Below are positions 54,928 to 64,000 of a stretch of 64,000 bases of DNA, piece after piece. Made by a program: the position numbers and the translations under genes. The first letter of the stretch is position 1. Every line of letters begins with the position of its first letter. The stretch is from an uncultured Bdellovibrio sp. GTDB taxonomy: Bacteria; Bdellovibrionota; Bdellovibrionia; Bdellovibrionales; Bdellovibrionaceae. A model generated the notes under the pieces. The model did no database searches, was not told the DNA's origin, and worked only from the letters and a program-made list of their open reading frames with translations. The DNA lies in NCBI GenBank assembly GCA_963932905.1, contig CAWVRN010000027.1, positions 55 to 64,054 of the forward strand. Reading direction: 5' to 3'.

Positions 54928-55620
54928 ATGAAAACACTAAGCTTATCATCACTAATCATCCTGGCAGTCTGTTTCCAGAATTTTAACTTCGTAAATCTAC
55001 TAGATAAAAAGTATTTCGTAGACGAAAAAGCCCGAGTTTCCCACGCTCGCGAAATTTTAGGAAAAGACTATAAGAAGAGTGATATCTCTAAACTCGAAGG
55101 TGTTAAGTTCTTCCATATCTACTTGTATGATCTAGCTCTAAAAAATCTACCTCAAAAACATAAAAAGCACTCTAATCGAATTACAAAAGCTATCATTAAA
55201 GAAGCAAATGCATATGGAATCGATCCTGTGTTTATAGCCTCTATAATTCAGACTGAAAGCTCATTTAACCCAGAAGCCAGAGGCTTAGCTGGTGAAGTTG
55301 GTTTAATGCAAATAATGCCATCAACCGCAAAAGAGATCGCAGAACGCCTTAAAATCCGCTGGAGAGGCCCTAAAACATTGTTAGACCCTGTTAACAACAT
55401 CCGCATCGGAACCGCTTATGTAAGCCAATTACGCGGGTTTTTCGAGAACAAACCATATCGCTACATGGCCGCTTACAATGTAGGACCGGGCAAGATCTTG
55501 AAAATCGAAAACAGTGAAGACGTACCTAAATTCTATTCAACAAAAGTTATGAAATACTACGAACAGTTCTACAGAAAAGTATCTGTGATCCAAGTTCCAG
55601 ATAATTTAGCGTCGAACTAA
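54928..55620 (+). CDS. Lytic transglycosylase (SLT domain)
   Basis: The start is ATG 54928, preceded by AAGAGGA. It has a signal peptide. IIQTESSFNPEARGLAGEVGLMQIMPSTA and AYNVGPG are SLT family motifs. Confidence 0.8.
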   Translation: MKTLSLSSLIILAVCFQNFNFVNLLDKKYFVDEKARVSHAREILGKDYKKSDISKLEGVKFFHIYLYDLALKNLPQKHKKHSNRITKAIIKEANAYGIDPVFIASIIQTESSFNPEARGLAGEVGLMQIMPSTAKEIAERLKIRWRGPKTLLDPVNNIRIGTAYVSQLRGFFENKPYRYMAAYNVGPGKILKIENSEDVPKFYSTKVMKYYEQFYRKVSVIQVPDNLASN

Positions 55621-55658
55621 ACTAACCACTTAAATTAAATCAAACTAAACAAAAAAAA

Positions 55659-55687
55659 ACGCGTTCTGGGATTTCCCAAGAACGCGT
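55659..55687. terminator. Bidirectional rho-independent terminator
   Basis: ACGCGTTCTGGG-attt-CCCA(A)GAACGCGT forms a 12 bp stem with a 1-nt bulge. It is flanked by A9 upstream and a T-rich run downstream, between the convergent SLT gene and infA. Confidence 0.7.
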
Positions 55688-55718
55688 TTAAAATTTTATT
55701 TTTAATTTTATCTACTCT

Positions 55719-55940
55719 TTAGCTTTTATGCCTGTGAGTGATAAGACCGTGAGAAGGGTCATAAGGAGAGAGTCCTACTGAAACTCTGTCACCTAAAATT
55801 ACCTTGATCTTGAACTTTTTCATTTTTCCGCACAGTCGGGCCGTAATTGTCAGCCCGTTTTCAAGTTCAATATGGTAAGTTCCGCCACCTGAAAGGTTTG
55901 AAACTTTACCCTCAACTGTGACTAAATCATCTTTAGCCAT
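55719..55940 (-). CDS. infA: Translation initiation factor IF-1
   Basis: 73 aa. MAKDDLVTVEGKV...ARLCGKMKKFKIKVILGDRV has an S1-like IF-1 pattern. Confidence 0.9.
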   Translation of the reverse strand: MAKDDLVTVEGKVSNLSGGGTYHIELENGLTITARLCGKMKKFKIKVILGDRVSVGLSPYDPSHGLITHRHKS

Positions 55941-55969
55941 TACAGTTAGTCCTTAGTTTTAAGAACAAA

Positions 55970-56314
55970 CTAGTAACGAGGTTTTCTATCGTTGTATCCG
56001 CCACCGAAAGACTTACGAGGTCCGCCGCCGCCGAAACCACCACGACCACCGCCGCCTTCGCGTGGAGCCATTGGTTTAGCTTCGCTAACGTTGATAGCGC
56101 GACCTGATTGCTCAGTGCCGTTTAATTTTTCGATTGCTGAAGAAGCTTCTGCTTCAGTAGACATTTCTACGAAACCGAAACCTTTGCTGCGACCTGATTC
56201 TCTATCAGTCACAACTTTTGCAGATTCAACAGTACCGAAAGCTGCAAAGATGTCAGATAATGATTGATCATCAATAGCGTATGATAAGTTGCCTACGTAA
56301 ATTTTCTTGCCCAT
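55970..56314 (-). CDS. RRM-type RNA-binding protein with a Gly/Arg-rich tail
   Basis: 114 aa. It has RNP2 (KIYVGNL) and RNP1 (KGFGFVEM), and a C-terminal GGGGRGGFGGGG tail. Confidence 0.85.
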   Translation of the reverse strand: MGKKIYVGNLSYAIDDQSLSDIFAAFGTVESAKVVTDRESGRSKGFGFVEMSTEAEASSAIEKLNGTEQSGRAINVSEAKPMAPREGGGGRGGFGGGGPRKSFGGGYNDRKPRY

Positions 56315-56627
56315 GAGTTCCTCCTTAGGATTGGGTGGTCTTCTAAAGGAATTGAGCCTAATGCTATTCTCTTAAGACGGACGCGTACATTGAGCCTCTG
56401 TTTCTACACGTTTTTATTTAAAATGCTACAAAAAAACACAGGGCGTTGAAGCCTTCAAATCAATAATAATGGCTATGGTTGGCCGCTACCTGGTAAAGTT
56501 GTTATAAACTGGTTAAAAAGTTATTTTTTCAAACACCCATCTGGGGAAAAATTCCTCATCAAATTGAATCTATAAATTGTTAAAATATGTTGAGGTTAGC
56601 AAAGCCGGTCCCCTACAATATAACTTC

Positions 56628-57242
56628 ATGGCTAAATCAAAACATGCTCTCTACCTGGCATCCATTGGACACTCTTTGAGTAAATCAGATCTTCGCCGCC
56701 TGTCGATGATCGAATCAGCAATTAAAGGCATAGCCGATGAAGGGCTCGAAGGGGCCAATTTCGAACGAGTCGCAAGACAATTGAAAGTACGTCGGTCCCA
56801 TGTCACTTACTATTTTAAAGATCGTGATGAATTGGTTTTAGCCGTAATCAAATACGTGATTACGCTAGCTCAAGACATGACAAATAAAAAAATTGAAGCA
56901 GCCCCCGACATGACGGCAAAAATTCTAGCCATAAACGAAGTCACTTTTGAGTGGGCTAACAATTTTAAAGATCACGCTCGCACATTGATCGTTTTTTTCT
57001 CTCATTGTGCAAGCAACCCTAGTTTTAAAAAATTCAATACAGCATTACGAAAAGAGGGCACTCAGAGGATTTTAAATATTTTCAAAGACTACGGCTATGC
57101 CGGTTTAGAAGACGAACTTTTGGTAAAGGCACAGACAATTCAAAGTATTATCATGGGATTTGTACTTGAGCACATGGCTAGCAGTGCAATTTCAAACTGT
57201 AAAACTCTCAGCGCCGCGCAGATTCGACTGACTCTGAAATAA
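56628..57242 (+). CDS. TetR-family transcriptional regulator
   Basis: I placed the start at ATG 56628 (MAKSKH...). The HTH region reads FERVARQLKVRRSHVTYYFKDRDEL. Confidence 0.7.
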   Translation: MAKSKHALYLASIGHSLSKSDLRRLSMIESAIKGIADEGLEGANFERVARQLKVRRSHVTYYFKDRDELVLAVIKYVITLAQDMTNKKIEAAPDMTAKILAINEVTFEWANNFKDHARTLIVFFSHCASNPSFKKFNTALRKEGTQRILNIFKDYGYAGLEDELLVKAQTIQSIIMGFVLEHMASSAISNCKTLSAAQIRLTLK

Positions 57243-57301
57243 AATATTTTTATGGACTCAGAAATCTCGTTGAAAATGATAATGCCCAAGTTAACCTATA
57301 T

Positions 57302-58051
57302 TTAAAACCCATAGCTAAGCTGGATTTTTAAAATCTCAATAATTGGGATATTATAAATAAGATCGATCGTTGTGTTGGCTTTGTCGCGATCGCTTGCAGT
57401 CATATAGTTGAAAATTTCTGTATTTTTTGTTTTTCCAAAAGAATGGAAGTAGATAGAAAACCAGTCAATACCCAAACTTAACCCATTTTCCCAAGTAAAT
57501 TGGTTACCCAAACCAAATTGAAAACCAAAAGAACCAAAATCGAAAAGAGGAGCGATGGGTACTGACATTCCCGGGAACATTGATAGGCTTAAAGCCGCAC
57601 GGAAATCATATTTCATCAAGCCATAGGCTAGGTAAAAACTTTGCGAATCCCCGAAGCTTTTCAAAATCAAACCATATTTAGATTCACGAATACCGCCTAT
57701 GTCGATACTGAAAACAGGAAATTTAATACTTTGAGATTGATACTCAGCGGTTAATGTCTTTCGTTCTGAAAAATTATAACTCAAATTTACGCCTAATTTG
57801 CTAGGTAACCACATCGACATCAGACCCCAGCTGACTCCTAGATTTACTGATTTATCATAACGCAATTGTCGATTTGTTCTGCGCTCTACCGTGGTGTCAG
57901 TTTTATTCTTGATAGCGTTTTTCTCTTCAATAGTGCGCTTTGAATCACCTTGTTCGATGGCACCAGGCACGTCACCTGTTGCAGTTTCTGAATTTTGAGC
58001 AAATGCAATGTGAGCAGCGAGAACGATGAAAATTATTTTTTTACCGACCAT
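57302..58051 (-). CDS. Putative outer-membrane beta-barrel protein
   Basis: 249 aa with a signal peptide (..AAHIAFAQN). It has alternating strand patterns and a C-terminal ..QLSYGF. It overlaps the upstream SBP gene by 19 nt. Confidence 0.5.
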   Translation of the reverse strand: MVGKKIIFIVLAAHIAFAQNSETATGDVPGAIEQGDSKRTIEEKNAIKNKTDTTVERRTNRQLRYDKSVNLGVSWGLMSMWLPSKLGVNLSYNFSERKTLTAEYQSQSIKFPVFSIDIGGIRESKYGLILKSFGDSQSFYLAYGLMKYDFRAALSLSMFPGMSVPIAPLFDFGSFGFQFGLGNQFTWENGLSLGIDWFSIYFHSFGKTKNTEIFNYMTASDRDKANTTIDLIYNIPIIEILKIQLSYGF

Positions 58052-59646
58052 GTACTTAATCCAACTCCGTAGTTAAACGTATCTTTAGGTTTATTAAATC
58101 TGTTTACGTGCGCATAGTAATTATACTTATCCATAAATAAAAATAAATAAGGATTATCATCTGAGATCATTTGATACACCTTTTCAAAAACTGTTATTCG
58201 CTTTTTCCGATCTAGAATCATTCGACCGCTATCGATTAATCTATCCACTTCCACATTTTTATATCCTACGAAATTGGAACCGCCCTTAATAGACGATTCT
58301 GAATGCCATAACTGTTTTGGGTCCGGATCCACACCACCACCAGCCCACGATAATGCTAGCGCATCAAAACCTAAATCATTTTTCGCTTTCATCATCAAGT
58401 TGAAGTCTTGGAATTTAAGTTCCATATCAATACCAACCGCACGATAGTCCTCACGCAAAAACTGCCACACTTTTTCAAAGTCCTTGTTTGCGTAGGTAAG
58501 GACAAATTTGAAATCGATGCGGACACCATCTATGGTCTTGTCTAAGACGCCATCTTTATTGCTATCAACCCAACCCACTTTTTTCAGCAGTGCCATCGCC
58601 GCTTTGACATCATGAGCAAATGGTTTAATTTTGGCGCCATATTCCTGACTGTGCAGGAACGGCCCATTGATTACACTCAGTTGATTGTCGAAGAATACTT
58701 TATTAATTTCTTCTTTATTCACCAGCAAGTTCAACGCTTTACGCACATTCAAATCTGAAAATATGGGTTTAGCTAAGTTCCAGCCTATAAACGACCACGC
58801 TTTGGGAATTTTATTTTCTATTTTAACTTTAACTAAAGTTTTCTGAACGACATCATTGGATAATTTACGTTCAAGTAAATCCGCATTTGGAAATTCCAAG
58901 AAATCGATTTCTGATTTTTTCAGTTTATCGACGCGAATGTCTTCGTCTTTAATGATTTGAAAATCAACTGCCTGAAAGTTGTTGTATCCTTTTAAATAGT
59001 TCACATTAAAACCAAAATATTTTTCGAATAACTTCAGGTTTATCTTTTTACCTTTTTCATAGCCATCTAGTTGATAAGGACCTGCACACACTAGCTGATT
59101 CGGCTGCTGGTTTTTTACGTCATACACAGATTTTGGTAAAATCCAGTTCGTCGCCGCCACTTCAAAATTTTTAAAGTAACTATTTTTAAATGTAATTTTA
59201 ACTTTCAAAGGCGATAGAATCTCTACTTTATCAATTCCATCAAAATAGGCAGCTACCGAAGAATTAATCGACGCATTCTTTTTATATATATCAAATGAAA
59301 ATTGAATATCTTCGGCTTTTAATTTTTCCCCATTGTGAAAGAAAACGTTATCACGCAAAAAGAAAGTGACCGACGAATTGTCTTTAGACACCTCCCACTT
59401 TTCTGCGATCGAACCCTGCCACGCATAGGTATCTAAGTCCCTTTTTAGCAATGAATCACAGGCCCACGTTTGCACATCGACTGCGTAGTCCGAAGTTGAA
59501 AGTAATGGATTTAAAATCTCGGGATCTTCACTCAGCACCATTCTGAGCTGCCCTACGTGGTTTTTAGCAGCAAAGGATGTGAAATGAATACATAAAACGA
59601 AAATCAAAATCGGTAAGGAAGATATCTTTTGGTTCATAGATTCCAT
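58033..59646 (-). CDS. ABC transporter substrate-binding protein, family 5 (peptide/nickel type)
   Basis: 537 aa with a signal peptide. Length and sequence pattern (..GPYQLDGYEKGKKI.., ..YAHVNRF..) are typical of SBP_bac_5. No cognate permease or ATPase genes are adjacent. Confidence 0.75.
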   Translation of the reverse strand: MESMNQKISSLPILIFVLCIHFTSFAAKNHVGQLRMVLSEDPEILNPLLSTSDYAVDVQTWACDSLLKRDLDTYAWQGSIAEKWEVSKDNSSVTFFLRDNVFFHNGEKLKAEDIQFSFDIYKKNASINSSVAAYFDGIDKVEILSPLKVKITFKNSYFKNFEVAATNWILPKSVYDVKNQQPNQLVCAGPYQLDGYEKGKKINLKLFEKYFGFNVNYLKGYNNFQAVDFQIIKDEDIRVDKLKKSEIDFLEFPNADLLERKLSNDVVQKTLVKVKIENKIPKAWSFIGWNLAKPIFSDLNVRKALNLLVNKEEINKVFFDNQLSVINGPFLHSQEYGAKIKPFAHDVKAAMALLKKVGWVDSNKDGVLDKTIDGVRIDFKFVLTYANKDFEKVWQFLREDYRAVGIDMELKFQDFNLMMKAKNDLGFDALALSWAGGGVDPDPKQLWHSESSIKGGSNFVGYKNVEVDRLIDSGRMILDRKKRITVFEKVYQMISDDNPYLFLFMDKYNYYAHVNRFNKPKDTFNYGVGLSTWSVKK

Positions 59647-59762
59647 TTATATTAATTCTTGGCTGAGCATATTCAATGCCGATTCAATAGAATGTTGTTT
59701 TCAATGCAAAAGTAGGGTACTTAGCTGTACCGCTCATCCAACTAATTTTGACTTGAGGAATT

Positions 59763-60815
59763 ATGATACAATTTGATCCATCAACTACAATCTCGTCTGA
59801 CTTCGGCATTTTTGGTATTCCGGCCAAAGAAGAAGAATCTAAAATCGTTCTTTTACCAGTTCCGTGGGAAGTAACGACATCATACGGGTCCGGCGCATCC
59901 TTTGGTCCAGTTATGGTTCGTCAAGCTAGTGAACAAATTGATCTATTTGATCTAGAAACAGGAAAAGCCTACGAAGAAGGCTACTTCATGCGTGAATACC
60001 CTGAAGCTATGAAAAAGAAAAACGACATTTTCAAAGAAAAAGCTCAGCAAGTCATTCGCATGAAAACGGAAATGAGCGACGACAAAGAAACAATAGAGAA
60101 ACTAACCAAAGAAGTTAATATCGCCTGCACAGAAATGACGAACTGGGTACGCGAACAATCAGAAGGTATTTTAAATTCAGGAAAAATTTTAGGATTAGTG
60201 GGTGGTGATCATTCTACTCCATTTGGAGCTATTCAAGCAGTAAGTAAAAAATTAAAAGGCGATTTTGGAGTTTTGCACATTGATGCCCACGCGGATTTGC
60301 GTACGGCTTACCAAGGATTCGAACAATCGCATGCGTCCATCATGTACAATGTGATGACTCATGCAGATCGTCCCAAAAAATTGGTTCAAGTTGGTATTCG
60401 TGATTTCTGCGAAGAAGAGTACAATTTCATTCAATCACGGTCCGACATTAAGACTTTTTTTGATTTGGAATTGAAAAAGCAATTACTGAATGGTTCTACG
60501 TGGGCGCTGCTTTGCCAAAAGATCGTCGATGAACTGCCTAAAAATGTGTATATTTCTTTTGATATTGATGGATTAGATCCCGTTTTTTGCCCGCATACAG
60601 GCACACCAGTTCCAGGTGGTCTAAGTGTCGATCAGATTTTCTATTTGTTTGAATCAATTGTTAGATCTGGGCGCAAGATCGTATCGTTTGACCTCAACGA
60701 AGTTTCCACGGGCGGTTTAAGCCCTGATGAGGCCGATGACTGGGATGGTAACGTTGGTGCGCGTGTTCTTTATAAACTTTGCGGATGGAGTATTGTTTCG
60801 CAAAAAAAGAACTAG
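59763..60815 (+). CDS. Arginase/agmatinase/formiminoglutamase-family ureohydrolase (second paralog)
   Basis: 350 aa with GGDHS, IDAHADL and SFDIDGLDP motifs. It carries an insert of about 60 aa (residues about 75-135) relative to the speB-like gene at 34858. Confidence 0.75.
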   Translation: MIQFDPSTTISSDFGIFGIPAKEEESKIVLLPVPWEVTTSYGSGASFGPVMVRQASEQIDLFDLETGKAYEEGYFMREYPEAMKKKNDIFKEKAQQVIRMKTEMSDDKETIEKLTKEVNIACTEMTNWVREQSEGILNSGKILGLVGGDHSTPFGAIQAVSKKLKGDFGVLHIDAHADLRTAYQGFEQSHASIMYNVMTHADRPKKLVQVGIRDFCEEEYNFIQSRSDIKTFFDLELKKQLLNGSTWALLCQKIVDELPKNVYISFDIDGLDPVFCPHTGTPVPGGLSVDQIFYLFESIVRSGRKIVSFDLNEVSTGGLSPDEADDWDGNVGARVLYKLCGWSIVSQKKN

Positions 60816-60879
60816 TGGTTTGTCATTAGTGTTCAATCCGTCGAACACTCAATCATTGCCCTAGCGATAGGGCTTCTAA

Positions 60880-61260
60880 TTAACCGCGTGCGTATCTTTT
60901 ATTTAAAGATTCGCGAATCTCAGCACCTTCGATGCTTAAACGCGTCCAAGGAATCGCTTTTAAACGCTCAGGCTCGATAGACTCCTCAGTCTCTTCGCAA
61001 ACACCGAATGAACCGTTTTCGATTCTAGCTAGCGCGCTTTCGATTTCGATCAATTGATTTCTAAGCCTGTCCTGCATGTTCACGAATTCTTGTTCTGCAA
61101 GCACACGCACTGTTTGATCTGCTTCGTCCCCCCCAGTTTCCATGTTATCCAACTGGCTACGAGCATCTCGCACTCTATTCAATAGATCCGTCTTGATATT
61201 CTGCAATTTTGCTTTGCACTCAGCTATCAAAGCTGGCTTTAGAACGGCATTCCCTGCCAT
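60880..61260 (-). CDS. DksA/TraR-family protein lacking the Cys4 zinc finger
   Basis: 126 aa. It has a coiled-coil with GGDEADQT (DxxDxA-like tip). The C-terminal GSFGVCEETEESIEPERLKAIPWTRLSIEG aligns with the DksA finger region but retains only one Cys. Confidence 0.6.
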   Translation of the reverse strand: MAGNAVLKPALIAECKAKLQNIKTDLLNRVRDARSQLDNMETGGDEADQTVRVLAEQEFVNMQDRLRNQLIEIESALARIENGSFGVCEETEESIEPERLKAIPWTRLSIEGAEIRESLNKRYARG

Positions 61261-61521
61261 AAGACCCCTCCTTGTTCTATTTTGCCAAATCTTTAGGCAA
61301 AATTAAATCAACCCCTCGTTTCCTCAGCAAAAACTCTACTTACATAGAGCCCTGAAAAGGAATGTACCTATTAATAGGTAAGTTTGAAATTTTTGCAACA
61401 GAATTCTTAAACAGACTTAAATTAAGATAAGTATATGATTATATAGGACAAACGTGCGTAAAGTTTATGGCAGGTATTAGCAAAACATAACCCAACCTAG
61501 ACAAATGTCAGGATCTTATTT

Positions 61522-61872
61522 TTACTTCACGCAAGATGCGACTTTTTTAATCAATTCGTCGGTAGCGCGATTGAGTTTGTTGATGATAACTTCTGTCTTA
61601 TCAACACGTTTGTTATGGGCCTTTGCACTTCGCAATGCTTGCTCTCGGACGTATAGACGTTGCTTCGGAGAATCCGAATACATCTTAATTGCTGTGTAAG
61701 ACACTTGCTCTGTGGCTGATTTATAGTTCTCTAAAAGGTTTTCGGTGATTTGGCTTTGAGCCGCTCGCATTTGCTTAAGCTCGTCTTTAAGAGAAGAACA
61801 ATCTGAAGCACCCCACACTACGTGCGAGAATGTCAGTGTAACCAAATAAAATAAAACGATGTAACGACCCAT
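61522..61872 (-). CDS. Small secreted hypothetical protein
   Basis: I placed the start at ATG 61872, preceded by GGAGG. It encodes MGRYIVLFYLVTLTFSHVVWG, a signal peptide. Confidence 0.45.
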   Translation of the reverse strand: MGRYIVLFYLVTLTFSHVVWGASDCSSLKDELKQMRAAQSQITENLLENYKSATEQVSYTAIKMYSDSPKQRLYVREQALRSAKAHNKRVDKTEVIINKLNRATDELIKKVASCVK

Positions 61873-61945
61873 TGGAAACCTCCGCCCGATGCAGAGGTTA
61901 GAGCAAGACTGGGTCCGCATTTAAGCCCAGCCAGTACCGATATAT

Positions 61946-62566
61946 TTAAATAGACACTTCAGTGTCTAGAAATTTTTCAAAGTCGTCTTTAGATTTGCCA
62001 ATTGAGTATGGCAACAGAAGGCGCACTAAATGGGTCTTTCCACGATGAACAGAAAGTTTACCCGCAGATTTTTCCGTGCTTTCAAAGAATTGGAGGAATG
62101 TTGTAGCCATTGCCAACAATGATTCGAACACATAAAGTAATTCTTTGTCGTTTTTGATTTGAACCATTTTACCATCAGCAACCCAGTGACGATAAAGTAC
62201 TTTCATTAACTTCATCATTTTAGCCATGTGGGTCTTCCACATTTTTGCCAATGCGGGATCTTTTCTACGAAGAGCATACATTTCGCGATGAAAGAATCTA
62301 TATTTCCAATAAACATCGAAGTTCTCTTCAACAAACTGGACCGGTGACATTGATGAAATATGTTTTGGACTCCAGATTTTGTATGTTTCCTTACACATTC
62401 TTCTGAATAGCTCTCCGATAATTTCTTCCTTATTATCATAATGAAAGTATAAATTGCCGGGAGAAATATTCATTGCTTTGGCGATGTGATTTGTAGTGAT
62501 AGCTACAACTCCGTTTTTATTAAACAACTCTACGGATACATCTAAGATTCTGTCTTTGGTTTTCAT
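61946..62566 (-). CDS. TetR-family transcriptional regulator
   Basis: 206 aa. The N-terminal DRILDVSVELFNKNGVVAITTNHIAKAMNISPGNLYFHYDNKEEI is a classic TetR HTH. Confidence 0.8.
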   Translation of the reverse strand: MKTKDRILDVSVELFNKNGVVAITTNHIAKAMNISPGNLYFHYDNKEEIIGELFRRMCKETYKIWSPKHISSMSPVQFVEENFDVYWKYRFFHREMYALRRKDPALAKMWKTHMAKMMKLMKVLYRHWVADGKMVQIKNDKELLYVFESLLAMATTFLQFFESTEKSAGKLSVHRGKTHLVRLLLPYSIGKSKDDFEKFLDTEVSI

Positions 62567-62690
62567 GGGACCCTTATAGGCTTAGGTCGAAGGATAGGCA
62601 ATAGAATTTTGGCTAAAAAAACCGTGAAATCGTTTGGCCGGACTTGAAGTTATTACAAATAAAGTATCTAATTAAAGTTCGCACAGAACT

Positions 62691-64000
62691 ATGTCGAACA
62701 AACATAAAGAAACTTACTTTTTGAGGTTGGTAAAATTGCATAAAAAAATCAAAATTCAGATAGGAATTTTAGTAAGCCTACTCGTCGCGTTCGTGACTTT
62801 AACCGCGTTCAACTACGATGACTCAGAGATTGAAGTTATTTCTAAACAAGTTAAACGCAACCTAGAGCAACGCACTCAGATCTCTAATACGATGTCTAAG
62901 TATATCAAAGCAGGCCAATTTCCCACAAATGTTGAATTCGACTGGTTTGATCGAAAAGACAAATTTCAAGTCAATTATACGTTAGACGACCGACTACAAG
63001 CCGATGCAGACAATCTTTTAAAACGTTATCGTCCAGACTATGGTGCCGTTGTATTGCTCGATGCAACCACGGGTAGAATATTGGCTCTATCTAGTTATCA
63101 AAAAGATGACCCTAAGGCGTCACACTTAGCTTTGCGCGCGACTTACCCAGCCGCTTCATTATTTAAGATTATCACAGCATCGGCAGCGATTGAAAAAGCC
63201 GGCGTGTCACCTTACCACACGATTAAATTTAATGGTGCTAACTATACTTTATATAAAAAGAACGTAATGACAGACAAAGAAAATCGCTGGACACGCAAAA
63301 TCACTTTGAAAGATGCATTTGCGCGTTCGATCAATACGGCATTTGGTCGCTTAAGTTTAGAATCTTTAGAACCTGCTGATTTATTAGATTTCGCAAATCG
63401 TTTTATGTTCAACCAAGCGATTCCTGCCGATTTTGAAGTGGAGCAAGGCTATGCGCACGTTCCTACAGAAAAAAGTTACGAGTTAACCCAAGTGGCTTCT
63501 GGTTTCAATCGCATCAATCGTTTAAGCCCAGTACAAGGTGCGATGATTGCTGCCGCGGTTGTGAACGATGGAAAAATGTTAGTTCCCTACATTGTGGATA
63601 GCATGAAGAATCCAGAAGGCGATGTTTTCTATCGTGGTGAGCCTCTTGAGAAAGGTTACATCATGACAGCAGAGTCAGCCGGACAAATGCGCAAGATGAT
63701 GGAACAAACTGTAATTGGCGGCACGTCTCGCAAAAGTTTCCGACAACTCGTTCGCGATCGTCGTTTTCGTGAAATTGAAATGGGCGGTAAAACTGGTCAC
63801 TTAACTGGTGACAACCCCAAAGGCCGCGTGGATTGGTTTGTGGGATATGCGACTGATGAGCAAAACAGAAAATTGGCCGTAGCTGCTATCACAATCAGTA
63901 AAAAGTTTTGGACAGTTAAGTCTTCTTATATTGGCCAGTATATGTTCCGTTCTTACTTTGAACCTGTCGTAAAAAAAAAGACGGTGGCTTTTAGGCAGTA
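62691..64000 (+). CDS. Penicillin-binding protein (transpeptidase), 3'-truncated by the window edge
   Basis: It is absent from the ORF track because no stop lies in the window. Hand translation from ATG 62691 (alternative TTG 62736 after GAGG) gives a membrane anchor (IGILVSLLVAFVTL), an SxxK motif (ASLFK) and a KTG motif (GGKTGH). The frame stays open to position 64000. Confidence 0.8.
   Translation, partial: MSNKHKETYFLRLVKLHKKIKIQIGILVSLLVAFVTLTAFNYDDSEIEVISKQVKRNLEQRTQISNTMSKYIKAGQFPTNVEFDWFDRKDKFQVNYTLDDRLQADADNLLKRYRPDYGAVVLLDATTGRILALSSYQKDDPKASHLALRATYPAASLFKIITASAAIEKAGVSPYHTIKFNGANYTLYKKNVMTDKENRWTRKITLKDAFARSINTAFGRLSLESLEPADLLDFANRFMFNQAIPADFEVEQGYAHVPTEKSYELTQVASGFNRINRLSPVQGAMIAAAVVNDGKMLVPYIVDSMKNPEGDVFYRGEPLEKGYIMTAESAGQMRKMMEQTVIGGTSRKSFRQLVRDRRFREIEMGGKTGHLTGDNPKGRVDWFVGYATDEQNRKLAVAAITISKKFWTVKSSYIGQYMFRSYFEPVVKKKTVAFRQ

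Noticed and set aside
1-64000. I looked for rRNA and tRNA genes, CRISPR arrays, transposases and integrases, prophage or defence-island hallmarks.
   Set aside because: No regularly spaced direct repeats, cloverleaf-like intergenic segments, or recombinase, transposase or nuclease-helicase-type ORFs were seen. Intergenic regions are short and explained by promoters and terminators. This was a by-eye scan only, so tRNAscan, Infernal and defence-system HMMs should confirm it.

Overview
This is a densely coding, AT-rich bacterial chromosomal segment with about 70 genes. I saw no rRNA, tRNA, CRISPR array, transposase or integrase by eye. Housekeeping anchors are lgt, ileS-lspA (ATGA overlap), leuS, speA, speB, pfkA, trxB, infA, trmB, hup, yacG and gltS, plus a 3'-truncated penicillin-binding protein. 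The many secreted proteins and lipoproteins of unknown function, together with heavy signalling content, fit a Bdellovibrio/Bacteriovorax-like organism; that is inference only, with no search run. The signalling content comprises three sensor kinase/regulator sets, an ECF sigma operon, a GGDEF regulator, a PilZ protein and a cNMP-binding protein. The most interesting locus is a minus-strand module at 14.4-19.5 kb. It encodes a radical SAM/SPASM enzyme with an N-terminal extension of about 100 aa. Next comes a short ORF below the ORF-track cutoff whose only Cys sits in a C-terminal C-L-P-I-R, the minimal sulfatase formylglycine motif. A CHASE2 histidine kinase and a sigma-54-dependent response regulator follow. 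The module is bounded by a sigma-54-like -24/-12 element and a rho-independent terminator. Other notable items are listed below:
- A translationally coupled DUF1501-like/CxxCH-protein operon at 0-5 kb.
- A cNMP/receiver-like/HATPase fusion protein.
- An ECF sigma operon with a hidden 55-aa acidic ORF and a six-repeat DUF3106-like protein.
- A kinase with a (GGP)8 tract.
- A 26-bp perfect inverted repeat.
- A 636-aa Ser/Tyr/Gly/Asn-rich secreted repeat protein.
All functional calls rest on motifs read from the translations. No homology search was possible.
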